Positions 35,470-48,042 of a stretch of DNA of 64,000 nucleotides are shown here, one piece after another; position 1 is the stretch's first letter, and each line of letters starts with the position of its first letter. Origin of the DNA: Pristiophorus japonicus (taxonomy: Eukaryota); NCBI RefSeq assembly GCF_044704955.1, contig NC_091999.1, positions 50,344,001-50,408,000 on the forward strand, in the 5' to 3' direction. The position numbers and the translations under genes were made by a program. The notes beneath the pieces are model-generated. The model did not search any database. It was not told where the DNA came from and saw nothing but the letters and a program-made list of their open reading frames with translations.

Positions 35470-36100
35470 AAGTTCACACTTACACATAAACACAACACGG
35501 ATTTACACATACACACACAGCGACTTACACATAAACACACACATTGACACACTGACACAAGATATTACGCATACCCAGCATATAATACACACCGTCATTG
35601 TCAGAACCACAGCACCATTAATATGACAGCAAAAATAAACACACCCTTAAATAAAACAGAAGCACTAACACACACACACACACACACAAACACACACACT
35701 TTCATTTGCATAAACACATATTCAACACAAATTAACTAACGCATAACACACACACACATTTACATGCGAACAAACACAGTTACACATAAATGCACACATT
35801 GTTACCCATAAACATACACAACACGTACACATAACCATACACAAACACATTAAAACACGCACATGAACGTACTTACAAAGAATAGACATATTTAAACATA
35901 ACCACAAACAATTGCATATATACACATAAAGGCTTACATGTAAACATACACAAACTTACAAAAATATACAAACATTTACACATAAATATAAATATATGGA
36001 ATGACACATTAAAACATTCAAACTTACATATCAACATACATCAACACACAAACACAGACAACACCAAAAGAAGAGATCGTCATACACACAAACAGAAACA
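35470..36100. repeat. Degenerate CA-rich simple repeat
   Basis: Long ACAC/ACAT-rich tract including pure (CA)n at 35668-35699. Confidence 0.85.
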
Positions 36101-36742
36101 CTAAAGTGCAAAAAATACGTCAGGTAACAGACGAATATAGAATTAAAATAAATTCTTTGAACAGACAGTCTGCAACGATTGTATTAAATAAATCATTTCT
36201 GATACCATAATATCTAACATTCCTATATTCTGGTCCTGAACGCAAACTGAATCAAAGTTCTTAGTTGGAAACTCATGCAAATTAATTATGTTCAGAACCT
36301 TGACTACCACAAATTAATCCAGATTATAACTCACATCTGATGTCTTACCCTCTCCCTTTGACAGTCTCCGAATAATTATCTATCTGAAGCTATTGTTAAA
36401 TTAATCGATATCATTCAGTATAGTTCCCCCGATATTACATCATACTATTCCCGAATGGTAAATCCTATGAAATTGATGCAAAATCAATTAGCCTGTGACA
36501 TTGAAGGAAAACTGTCATATTTTCCAAAACCGACTATAGAAGGATCATAAAGAAAGAACGACTGTGGAATTAGAAACACAGATAGATTACTGAGCGTGAT
36601 TAACTTAACACAGGACATACATTGAACATTAAAATAGAGAACAATCTAACACCTTAAAAAAAGAAAATAGAATTGGTAATAATAAGATGAGATCTTGGGT
36701 TAACAAACGATCTGAATATATTTCCTCCCCTACATCCCGTAG

Positions 36743-36870
36743 ATTCCTCAGACCACATCTGGAGTGAAGAGTATGAGGACGAGAGCAGCAACTTCTGGAC
36801 AACAGCTTCCACATTCATCATTTTGATCTTCCTGAACATTTCCTACAGCGCTGCCATCACTCTGGTGAAG
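36743..36870 (+). pseudogene. IGHM: IgM transmembrane exon TM1 (open frame)
   Basis: DSSDHIWSEEYEDESSNFWTTASTFIILIFLNISYSAAITLVK: CART-like motif, phase-1 acceptor CCCGTAG, donor AAG/GTGAGA. Confidence 0.93.
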
Positions 36871-37008
36871 GTGAGAAGATTCAATGCACTCAGTTCGAGT
36901 TGATTGAAGAGGTTTGACAAATCTCTAAATGTTTCATTGATAACAACCCTGAAATTAATGCCCCAAACCACTAAAACGCTGCTTCAAACTTTTATCCCTC
37001 TTTTACAG

Positions 37009-37433
37009 GTCAAGTGATTGACTGAATTTCGGCCGCCGGGGATTTTTCTCCTCTGGTTGTTAACTGTGTCTTGAAAATAAATTATGTCCTCTTGGTGATT
37101 CCCGGAGTAAATTGCCTTCAATTTTTTCATTTCTCTGTTTGAAATGTGTGAGATAACCGTGGCTATAATGTAAATGTATCTCGGAGTTAAACAATTGTTT
37201 GAATATCTCATGTGTACATAAGTCACTTTTATCATTCATGATTCACAATTATTCACTTCCCTTGGTGTTGAACATCTGTTTCTCTCCCTGATGTCTGTTA
37301 GAGTTGTACAAATAGCTGGCAGCTCAGACCGACTGTGTTCTGGTATTAATGTGACGTTCATTTGTTGTATTCAATTTGTGTGAACTTTTGAAAACCTTCT
37401 CTGTGAATTGCTCTCTGTGAAATTGTTAATAAA
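37009..37433 (+). pseudogene. IGHM: IgM TM2 exon (VK-stop) and 3' UTR to poly(A) signal
   Basis: CTCTTTTACAG/GTC AAG TGA gives the KVK tail; AATAAA at 37428-37433. Confidence 0.88.
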
Positions 37434-37600
37434 ACTGCAATGGCAAATGGAATAATTTGGACTTTGCTGAACTCTTTACTCCAAGGCTCCTTCACACTGT
37501 TCTATTTCCCTATCACACGTTGTTTTATTTCCATGAAATTTATTCTTCCCGCGTCCTATCCTGATGTGTTTGAATCCAAGTCCCTTCGGTTAAGGAGCCA

Positions 37601-37619
37601 CTGCGCCACCTAGTGTCCC
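37601..37619 (-). promoter_or_regulatory. Candidate CTCF-binding site 3' of the IgM locus
   Basis: Minus strand GGGACACTAGGTGGCGCAG versus consensus GGCCACYAGRKGGCGC. Confidence 0.45.
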
Positions 37620-37789
37620 ATCAGAGTGACGGCACATTTTCCCCTGCCTTGTTACATCATGCACCAGATGCGGAATAACTGCACAGTGACCAGGCGGTCT
37701 CCTCTAATATTATGGCCTTTCACGTGCCAGGTTATATTAAAGAGCAGGCCTCTGATGCACCATAGTCCGATACAGTATAGTATGTGTCA

Positions 37790-38095
37790 GAACAAATCTC
37801 CCTCTACACTGTCCTAACAAACACTCTCAGGGCAGGTACAACACAGGTTAGATAAAGAGTAAAGCTCCCTCTGCACTGTCCCATCAAAAACTCCCAGGGC
37901 AGTACGGGTTAGATACAGAGAACAGCTCCATCTACACTTGCACACCACACCCTCCCAGGGCAGGTACACCGCGGGTTAAATATAGAATAAATCTCCCTCT
38001 ACACCGTCCCATCAAACACACCCAGGTCAGGAGCAGCACGGGTTAAATACAGATTAAAGCTCACTCTATACTGTCCCATCAAACACTTCCAGACA
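37790..38095 (+). repeat. About 67-bp tandem repeat (about 4.5 copies)
   Basis: Unit CTCCCTCTACACTGTCCCATCAAACACTCCCAGGGCAGGTACAGCACGGGTTAGATACAGAGTAAAG. Confidence 0.88.
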
Positions 38096-38522
38096 CACTA
38101 GAGAGCACAAACTCTTGGAATGATTCCCAAAAACTGGGGCCTAACTGACACACAGACACGCGCTCCAATGTTTCTGTTATACACATATAGAAAGCCAAGA
38201 AAGAGACGACAGGTGGAGAGATTATCTTTGACAGAGAGGAGATGAGGGTTCACGCGGCATCTGCAGGTACATTTGGAGCTTTGTGCCCGTTGGGCACCTA
38301 CATACAGAATGTGTGATGCACGGGCAATATCAATTTCTGATGTAAAATCATTGTCGTTTTGTTCTACCCAAATATATGATTGACATCCTCCTCTCTGGGA
38401 GGGCATTTGTAGAATGTAAGTTTCGTTTACGATTCAACTCTTTAAAGGTGACCTGAATGCATATGGCCCATACGGACAGAAATGCGTAGGGTTATCACTG
38501 CCAACCGTTCTCCATTATGAGG

Positions 38523-39340
38523 AACATACATAAAAACATAAGAATATAAGAAATTGGAACAGGAGTAGGCCATACTGCACCTCGACCCTGCTCTGCCATT
38601 CAATAATATCATGGCTGTTATGATAATAGACTGAGCTCCACTTTCCTGCCTGCTCCCCATAGCCCCTTATCGTTTAAAACACTGTCTATTTCTATCTTAA
38701 GGTTATTCAATGTCCCAGCTTCCACGGCTCTCTGAGGCAGCGAAGTCCAGACATTTACAACGCTCTTAGAGAGGAAATTTCTCCTCATCTCTGTTTTAAT
38801 TGGGCGGCCCCATATTTTAAGATCATGCCCTCCAGTTCTAATCTCCCCCATCAGTGCAAACATCCTCTCTGCATCCACCTTGTCAAGCCCCCTCATAATC
38901 TGATACATTTCGATAAGATCACTTCTCATTCTTCTGAATTCCAATAAGTCGAGGCCCAAACTACTCAACCTTTCCTCATAAGTCAACCCCCTCATCTCCG
39001 GAATCATCCGAGTGAACCTTCTCTGAACTGCCTCCAAAGCAAGTATATCCTTTCATAAATTTGTGAACCAAAACCGCACACAGTTCCAGGTGTGGCCTCC
39101 CCAATATCCTGTATAACTGTAGCAAGACTTCCCTGCTTTTATACTCCATTCTCTTCACAATAATGGCCAAGATGCCAATGGCCTTACTGATCATTCGCTG
39201 TACCTGCATATCATCCTTTTGTGCTTCATGCACAAGTACCCTCAGGTCCCGCTGAAGTGCGGCACTTTGCAATCTTTTTCCATTTAAATAATAACTGTCT
39301 CTTTGATTTTTTTCTGCCAAAGTGCATGAGCTCACGTTAA
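38523..39340 (-). mobile_element. CR1 3' fragment
   Basis: ORFs 38618-39344 (EAVQRRFTRMIP, LEFRRMRSDLIE); (TTCTTATG)n-like tail. Confidence 0.9.
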
Positions 39341-39359
39341 ACACGACCCGCTGTCACCT

Positions 39360-39655
39360 CATCCCCGGACTGCCTTTCTGTCTGCTCTGCACTATTCCCT
39401 CTGATACCATCTCGCTTAACTCACTGAACATCACCCACAGATTTGTTCTCACTGCTATGCTCCATTCCTTCTGATACCATCTCCCTGAACTCACTGAACA
39501 TCTTCCTAGGGATCCTGCCTCCCTGCTCTGCTTCATTCCCTTTTATACCATCTCGCTGAACTCACTGAACATCACTCTGAGGATCCTGTCTTCCTGCTCT
39601 GCGCCATTCCTTCTGATACTATCAACGTGAAATCAGTGAACAACTCCTACGGATA
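39360..39655 (+). repeat. About 70-bp tandem repeat, 4 copies
   Basis: Recurring TTCCTTCTGATACCATCTCGCTGAACTCACTGAACATC. Confidence 0.85.
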
Positions 39656-41049
39656 CAGCAGTAACCTTCGAAGAAACAGCCAATCACTGTTCTATGATGT
39701 ATGCGAGGGATTATGGCGTCATCCACGGAATCCAGCTACGCAACTCAGTTGAAGTTAGTACCAGGGACAAACATATTTCCTGATGTTTGATTTCTGATTT
39801 AAGCAAATTGGAAAAGGAGCCTGAGGTGAAAAGGGCCGAATTTATTGATGCAGTTATGATCAGGAATATACTACGTGAAAGATTGGGGAAAAGAATTAAT
39901 ATTAACTTTCAAAAGGGAATTAGTTAAATCTAAAGGGAGAAAATTGCAGGGCTTTAGGAAAAGAGTGGGACTAATACGATAGCTCTTTCAAAGTGCCAGC
40001 ACAGGCTTAATATTCTGATTCTAGATCCGAGGCGATGCCAGCGAATGTTGTCATTCTGTTCTCACAATTAACTTTAGCTGCAACCAGTTGGCTTCTGCTT
40101 CGTGCATGTCGCTAAGATACTCAACCTGCCCAATTGATTGGCTCTGCAGGACATTGCCACGAGTATCAAGAAATCAGTTTATTGTGAGCCCTTCATACAG
40201 GAGACTGTCCTTTGGGTCCATCTCAGTGTGTGTTGGCTCACAGGAAACAATGTGGCAGGATCTGCCCGCCGTTATATACGACTTCAGCAGTCGGAGCCAA
40301 GATCTACAAAGTGGCGGGAGGTTCTGTATGAGAGTTGAACTGAGTTCCATCACTGTGAGTGCCAGGGCACGTTAATAAACTGCAGGTCCAGTCATCTGCA
40401 GCCCAGAGATGGTTAAACCGGTAAACTTAGTCACAATTTAGAGATCTGCAGAGAAACGTCTCTGGCAAAATATATTACCTTCATAATAGCCGATGTATTT
40501 CACCAGAATAATCTCGATCGCAGGTAGGTTGTGGTAAGTGTTCCCTGTGCTGGTTTAAATTGTGCTAATTAAGAAGGACATTAAATGATGATCTAAATAA
40601 GCTTTACAGGTAAAATTCAATGGAGTTCGGTAATGCAGCCTCAATATGAGATGACGGTATATGAAGGAGAAAAACCTGAAATAAATGCACTTACAACACC
40701 AGTTCCGAAGATCCAGATCGTTACTGGTACGCCTGCACCCGATCCCGACAACGCAGTTTACCTTATACCGCAATAACATCAGAGAAATTGGTGCCGATTT
40801 TGCAAGAGGAAAATTCGGTGCTCGTCATTTAAATGAATATTAATTTTTCCTTTGTCAATTCAGAAAATGAATACAGCGCCGTTTATTTCTGTTGACTGAG
40901 AATCACGGTGCTTCAAACTGCTCGACTATGTAAAAGATTCTAGGGAAGCCACAGACCAAACCAAGAAGATATCTGTCATCGAGCGATTCAATAAAGCAAT
41001 ATTGTAATTGAGGGAACTTTTAAAACACCATGTTTAATTTGTTTTCATA

Positions 41050-41495
41050 TCAGGGATGTGGGGATTTTGTGGAGGGACTGGAGAAGCTGGCATTGATCTC
41101 ATTAAACCAGAGAAAGTTAAGAAGAGATTTAATAGAGTTGTTCAAAATTATGAAGAGTTTTGAGAGATTAAATTAGGGAAACTCTTTCCACTAGCAGAAG
41201 GGTCGGTAACCAAAGGACAAAGATTTAAGGTAATTGGGAAAGGAACCACAGATGACACGAGGAAACATTATTTTACCCAGCGAGTTGCTTTGATCCGCAA
41301 TGCAGAGCCTGAAAGGGTGGAGGAAGCAGAGTCAGTAGCAACGTTCAAAATCGAATTGTGTAAACACTTGAACGAATAAACGAACATTTCTATGGCGGAA
41401 TGCAAATGTGTGGGACTAATTGAACAGCTCTTGCAAAGAGGAGGCACAGGCACAAAGGTCGTAACGGCGTCCTTAGGTGTTGTATCATTCTACGT
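41050..41495 (+). mobile_element. Old CR1 3' fragment
   Basis: LEKLAL..L.QRKLRRDLIELFKIMK...LFPLAEGSVTKG.RFKV. Confidence 0.75.
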
Positions 41496-42579
41496 ACGGG
41501 ACCGTAGTCCCACAGCAATGCTCCAATTCCCGTTGAATCATGCTGCAAGTCTCTTTACTGCAACTCATTAGAAGAAGCGTATTCGTGTCGACCAAAACAC
41601 AGCGGGGTTAATGGAAGGAGTAGATTGGAGAAGGTTCTTTCACAGAGCGAGCACAGACACGATTGGTCAGACGGCCTCCTTCAATGCTGTATTATTGTGT
41701 GATTCTATAAGTCAAGCACCATCCGGAATTTTCATTTATCGTTGTTACTTTATTGTCCATGGGTTGAAATACTGGAACTTCCTACGTGACATCACATTCA
41801 CCACATGGACTGCAGCGGTGCAAGGAGAAAGCCCACCAACACTTTTTCAAGGGCAGCCAGTAATGCACAAAAAATTCCGGCCTTGCCATCTACGCCCATA
41901 TCTCGAGAATAAATACAAACATCTAAGAGAAACAGCGAGTATAGAAGGACAATTATAAAGTAAAACATTTCTTGATTTCTGTCATTTTTCCTTTCCTTTA
42001 CTATTATCTTATTTTATTCTCTTACGCTTCTTGTTCTTTCTCCATTTCAATCTTTCTCTCCTCTCTCACACTTTCTCTTGTTCACTCTATTTCCTAATTC
42101 CAATTTCTTCTTTTGCAATGTTCATAACGTTGAATGGTTAAATTGCATCCCCGAATATTTTCTTATTTTGAACAAGTGGGGTGCAGTTGTGAGGGAGGCT
42201 TGAATTACCATTCAGAAATACTACCCAGAGAAATGCTCCTCCAAAATCTGTATATCTCCTCCTTCATTGTTACTGAGTGGTATTCTGAGTGATGCGCCAA
42301 ATTCACATGAGAGGGAGTAGAGTAAGTACATCGTGACGATTCGTCAATCCTATTCAAACGCTGTTACCCAATTAAAGAATTTGGTGCCTTTTACCAGGAA
42401 AAGAATTGCACGCAATGCTTCTTTACTTTCTGTTATACCTCCCTGCCAAACAGTTGCTCACTTCACTGAGTATAGCAGCTTGCAATGGGAAATAGAATTA
42501 AAATTTTAAGGTGTTGTTGGTGACGTTGAAATAGCGCCCATATCGTACCATCATATCATTATATTGTGGCTGGTGCAGG

Positions 42580-43890
42580 ATCATAGAATCATAGAATGGG
42601 TTACAGCATAAATGGACACATTTCGGCCTGTGGAGCCCCTGTCCGCACTCTGCAAGAGCACCTCAGCCATTCCCACACCCCACCTTTTCCTCATAGCCCT
42701 GCATTTTTCCCCTTTAGGTAGCTATCCGACATCCTTTTGAAAACTACGATTGAACTTGCCACCACCATCCTTTCAGGCAGTGCTTTCAAGATCATAACCA
42801 CTCGCTGCATAAAAAAATTATTCCTCAAGTCGCACTTGGTTCTTTTGCCAGTCCACTTCAATCTGTGTCCTCTTGTTCTCGAATCTTCCGCCAATGGGAA
42901 GAGTTTCGCCCTGTCTTTTCTGTCCCGAACCTTCATGATTTTGAATACCTCTATCAAATGTCCTCTCAAGGTTCACTGCACCAGAGAACAACTCCAGCTT
43001 CTCCAGTCTATGCACGTAAATGAAATCCCTCATCCCTGTAACCATTGTTCTAATTTTTCTGCACTCTCTCGAAGGCCTTCACATCCTTCCTAATGTGTGA
43101 TGCACAGCATTGGATACAACATCCAGTTGAGCACGAACCAGTGTTTTATAGGGGATTATCTTAACTTCCATGCTTTGACACGCTATGCCTCTATTTATGA
43201 AGCCCAGGATGGCGATTGTTGTTTTAACTGCTTTCTCAACCTGCCACTCTCAACGATTTGTGAACGTGTATCACAGGTCTCTCTGTTCATGCACGCCCTT
43301 TAGGATTGTACCCTTTAATTTATACTGCTTCTCCTCGTTCTTCCTACCAAAATGTTACACTTCACACTTTTCTGCATTGGATTTCATCTGCCACTGGTCC
43401 GTCCATTCCAACAGACTGTGGTGCCCTTTTGAAGTCCATCACTGTCCGCGTCAATGTTCACCATACTTCTAAGTTTTGTGTCGTCTGTAAATTTTGCAAT
43501 TGAGACAAGTACACCCAAGTCCAATTCATTAATATATATCAAGAAAAGCAACGTTCCTGATAAAGACTCCTGGGTAACACTGATACCAGTCAGAAACACA
43601 TTCCATTCATCACTAATCCCTCTTTCCTGTCATTCAGCTAATTTGGTACCCATGCTGCCACTTTCCCTCTTACTCTATGGGCTTCTACTTTGCAGGCAAA
43701 CGTATTAGCTGGCACTTCGACTTTTTGGAAGTTCATGTATACCACATCAACCGCATTGCCCTCAACTACTCTCTCTGTTACCAACGTAAAAAAACTCAAT
43801 CAAGTTATTTAGACACAATTTACCTTTAACAACTGCATACTGGCGTCCTTTAATTAATCCATACTTGTCCAAGTGACTGTAAATGTTGTC
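42580..43890 (-). mobile_element. Old CR1 RT-to-tail fragment
   Basis: FLIYINELD, KFTDDTKL, RGHLIEVFKIMK; (ATTCTATG)n tail. Confidence 0.88.
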
Positions 43891-44498
43891 TCTATTTTTC
43901 GCAGGATCACAGAGACTGCTGCCATGATCCACCACTCGCAATAGTCCTGAGAGTTATGGATCAAGGGTATTTAGAGCGGTCTCTACAGGATAACAACTGG
44001 TTGTCACATAGTCGCATAATCCTGACTCTAAGAAGGAAAGAAAGAAAGTACTGGATTTATATAGCACCTTTTACAACGAGTGGATGTCTCAAAGCGCTTT
44101 ACAGCCAGTGAAATACTTTTTGAAAGTGTCGTCACTGTTGTAATGCAGTGAGCCGATGGTGATTCATGAGAGCACGATAGAATGGAAAAGTATCTGTTAG
44201 CATTGGTTTGATAATTCTACTCTGAGGAAACAAACCGCCGGCAGTACTGAAATAAGGCCCTCTGATTAAAATATAATCTTAATTACACGCAAATCAGTTG
44301 TACGATTTCTCACACATGGATGTCAAGATGTACGATATCGCGCATGTGGATGTCGAGATATTCAATTTCTCAGACTTGGATGTCGAGATGGGCCATGTTA
44401 TTGGGGCTGATGGAGCTGAACAAAGCTGGTTCAGAACTGACAGGACAGGATGGCCCACTGGGAGTGATGTAATGCAGAATTAACACGAAAATACATTT

Positions 44499-45409
44499 TT
44501 ATAATTTGATTAATTTTATAATGAGATTAATTGGATATTTCAGCGCATCCATTAACTCCTCTCTGAATTTACTCTGGATCACTGAATAAATACACGTGTT
44601 TGTGCAGGAACTCAGAAGCTGAAGACTATTTCCGGTTTCTTGGAGAATACATTTTGGGTCTTTGAAATTGCAACCTGAGAAATAATTATTCTTTGTAATT
44701 CGGACATACAAGAAATTTACAACGTACACTGTCCATAATAGGATGAAACTGCCCGAGATGGTAAAGTGTAAAACGATTAACTTTCTCCGGCTCTCCAACT
44801 CTGGGTTGCTTTGATTCTCTCCATTGCTGTGGGCCCGGAGCCTTCTGCGGGCTCTGCTCGTCGCTAGAATATGTCTGACGGTCAGAGCATTGAGCAGCAA
44901 TATCAGGAGAAAGGGGAGTCATGGCGTTAAAATTCTGTCAAGCCAGTCATATACTATCCATAGAGGAGAACGATAAAATATTACTTTGATGTTACATAAC
45001 CATGGGACATTGTCAGTTATGAACATAGGTTCATAAGTGAGATAAGAAGTGATGTTTTTTTAAACAGCCAGGGCACCGACCATGACTATAATCAGAGCCG
45101 CACTTTTCTCAGTGCAATATTTTGTTTTCAGTTTCTGGCATCATATGGCCACAAATCGATCGAAGGTGAAAGCGACTGTTAACCAGATGGAACTTTCCGT
45201 GGCTACATAAATTAGGATAGATGTTATAGTACAGCCTGGAGTAGTGGACAGCAGACTAAATTGAAAATAAATTCCAGTGATCCGGTTTAATATCACAGCG
45301 GTGATAATGACCAGGAGATCTGCCACTGCCATGAACAGCAGGTACCAAGTGATACAACTGGAAAGACCGCACTTTCCTCGGGACAGGATCACAATTATCA
45401 CCAAGTTAG
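44499..45409 (-). pseudogene. GPR139/142-like GPCR pseudogene, exon 2
   Basis: Acceptor TTTCCTGCAG at 45411-45410. ANLVIIVILSRGKCGLS...MAVADLL...WLTVAFTFDRFVAI*CQKLKTKYCTEK...LTP*LPFLLILLLNALTVRHIL...NTCIY. Three in-frame stops (about 45141, 45060, 44919); overall frame preserved. Confidence 0.92.
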
Positions 45410-45799
45410 CTGCAGGAAATAGACAGAAAAGAAAACAGTAACATTAAGTATCACTCCTCCTTGATGTTTATTTATTTTGATCATATTTCAGCCTCGCGAT
45501 GGGAATGATTCAGTGACCTGTCGGCAGAGATTGATCTGTTAAGATTTGAATAATGTTTGAGGAAGGGAAGCAGGAACAGCGAAAGTGAAGGAGCATGGGC
45601 GGACTAAAGCAATGAATGAGGCGCAGGACAGTGAGAACAGGCCAAGGAGTTTTAGGTGCAACTTCGTGACTACAACCGTTTATCGTTCACTGATTGCAAT
45701 CCATTTAATGACTCAGAATATCCCTTCAATAATTGCATGGCTAAAATCACACGTCAATCATGTAATCATTCAATCAGTTCAGAAATTCGATCATATAGA

Positions 45800-46670
45800 C
45801 TCATAGATTCATAGAAGCTTACAGCACGGAAGGAGGCCATTTAAGTCCCTCGACCAACAAGAAGCTTTCCAGCTTAATCACACGTTCCAGCTCTAGGTCT
45901 GTAATCCTGCAGGTTACGGCACCTATGGTGCATATCCAAGTACTTTTTAAATGTGGTGAGGGGTTCTGCCTCTACCATCCTTTCAGGCAGTGAGTTCCGG
46001 AACACTCTGCATGAAGAAATTCCCCTCAAATCCCCTTTAAAACTTTTAATTATTTTAAATTGATGTATCCGGGTTGTTGATCCCTCTGCTAATGGCAATA
46101 GACCCTTTCTATCCACTATATCTAGGCCCGTCATAACCTTATACACATCAATGAAGTTTCCCCTCTGTTCCAAGAAAAACAAATCCAGCCTATCCAATCT
46201 GTCCTCGTGGCTAATATTCCCCACTACCTGCAACATGCTCGTAAATCTCCAGTTCAATCATCTCCTTCCTGCAATGCGGTGACCTGAACTGCACACAATA
46301 CTTCAGCTGTGGCCTAACCAGTGTTTTATACAGTTGACGCATAAGCCCCCCCTGCTCTTGAATTTTATGCCGCGGCTAATAAATGCAAGCTTTAATTATG
46401 CCTTGTTAATCACCTTATCTACCTGTCCAGCTAACTTCAGGGATCTGAGGACATGCACTCCAACGTCTCTTTGTCCCTCGACACTTCTCAGTGAACCATT
46501 TAATGTGTATTCCCTTTCCTTGTCAACCTTCCCCAAATGCATTACCTCACAAACCTCTGGATTAAATTCAATTTGCCACTGTTCTGCCCACCTGACCCGT
46601 TGATAGACATTTTCCTGCTGTCTGCACCTTTATTCTTCATTATCAACCACACAGTTGATTTTAGTATCGT
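45800..46670 (-). mobile_element. CR1 3' fragment in the GPCR intron
   Basis: EDRLDRLDLFFLEQR...DVYKVMTGLD; CR1-type tail at about 45800. Confidence 0.85.
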
Positions 46671-47309
46671 TTCAACGCAATAGTCAGAAATAGATGCATT
46701 TTAATAACCCTTTACACGCATCATTTCTGGACATTTGTCCGTCGACAGCATTTGTGAACCTGTGTTTGATCACCAGAATTAACTGTACTGATAAAAAGTG
46801 GCGGGAAATACATATCAAGACACACATTATTGACCGATCATTGTCGCATCGGTTCACTTCATATTTTTTCATCAGTCACACGATTCTTACTTTTTAAAAA
46901 TAACGACTTTTGGACTTGAACAGAGATTATTAGCTGAAGGCAGTGCGAATATAGATCTGGGACAGGAAGTCACGCTGATGCAGAATAATGTTGTAATAAA
47001 TTTTGCTTTGGACACCCGGGGAACTTTACAATTCCAATAAAATGTCACACTGAACAGGGATACAGAAGACACATACTCTGACTCAGGGAGATTTGAAATG
47101 AGACCAGAAAACCTGGAAGGTCAAGCAACATCTGTGGAGAGAGAAAATGAGTTAATGTATCAGATCAGTGATCTTTCATCAGAACACAATGAACAAAGCG
47201 GCTGTGAAGCAAAATCTCGAAACACAAAATGCCAAATCGGGTAAAGATGCAGATCATCAGCAGAAACCGTGATATCCTTAACAACCAATGACTTGCTGTA
47301 ATACCTTAC

Positions 47310-47379
47310 CTGGAACACCGACAGCAGCGAGAAGCGGATAGTAAATGGCAAGTATTGGACTGTTTCCAGGGGCGTGCAT
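47310..47379 (-). pseudogene. GPR139/142-like GPCR pseudogene, exon 1 (absent from the ORF track)
   Basis: ATG at 47379: MHAPGNSPILAIYYPLLAAVGVP, then G/GTAAGG, a phase-1 donor. It joins exon 2 in frame to give GVPANLV (TM1). Confidence 0.88.
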
Positions 47380-47732
47380 TCTCTGTGAGAAACGAATTGC
47401 TGGAGACAGTAGCTCCAATATGCGTTGTGGCTCATTCTAATGATCCCTTAGTTATACCGAATGTTAATCCCCAGTGAGCCAATCAGATTATGCAATTTTA
47501 TTGTGAGCTACGGTCATTGAAACAAACAAATTAAGGCAGCCATTTTCGAGTTCACCTTTTCTACATTACAATAACTTCCAATGAATATTGCAGCATGTGG
47601 CAGGGCAAAAAAGACTTCCGTATCTTTCTAAGGAAAATATAATGTAAATCTCCATCTGGACATTCGAAGATGGCATAAAACCATACACAGCATAGAGGTC
47701 CGAGTTCAATTCCTGGTGTTTTCTTTTGAACT

Positions 47733-48042
47733 ATGGGGCACAGTCTCAGGATAAGGGGAAGCCCATTTAGGATCGAGATGAGGAGGAATTTCTTCACTCA
47801 GAGGGTTGTGAATCTTTTGAATTCTCGGCCTCATCGGGCTGTGGATCCCGAATCTCTGAATATATTCAAGACTGAGGTAGATAGATTTTTGGAGTCTATG
47901 GGGAATCTGGGGATATGAAGATTGTGCAGGAAAGTGGAGTTGAGTTCGATGATCAATCATGAATTTATTGAATGGCAGAGCAGGCTCGAGAGGCACAGGG
48001 CCTACTCCTGCTCCTATTTCTAATGGTTTGTTATGTTCCTTA
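47733..48042 (+). mobile_element. CR1 3' fragment
   Basis: GHSLRIRGSPFRIEMRRNFFTQRVVNL plus 3' UTR and tail. Confidence 0.88.

Noticed and set aside
35704-36282. Two octamer motifs (ATTTGCAT at 35704, ATGCAAAT at 36275) as an IgH enhancer
   Set aside because: One lies in simple repeat, and the 8-mer also occurs at about 41400 and 57569, so it is compatible with chance.
44919-45143. Selenocysteine recoding of the two TGA codons at Cys positions in the GPCR
   Set aside because: A TAA lies between them, no SECIS was recognised, and TGY to TGA is a single-base nonsense change.
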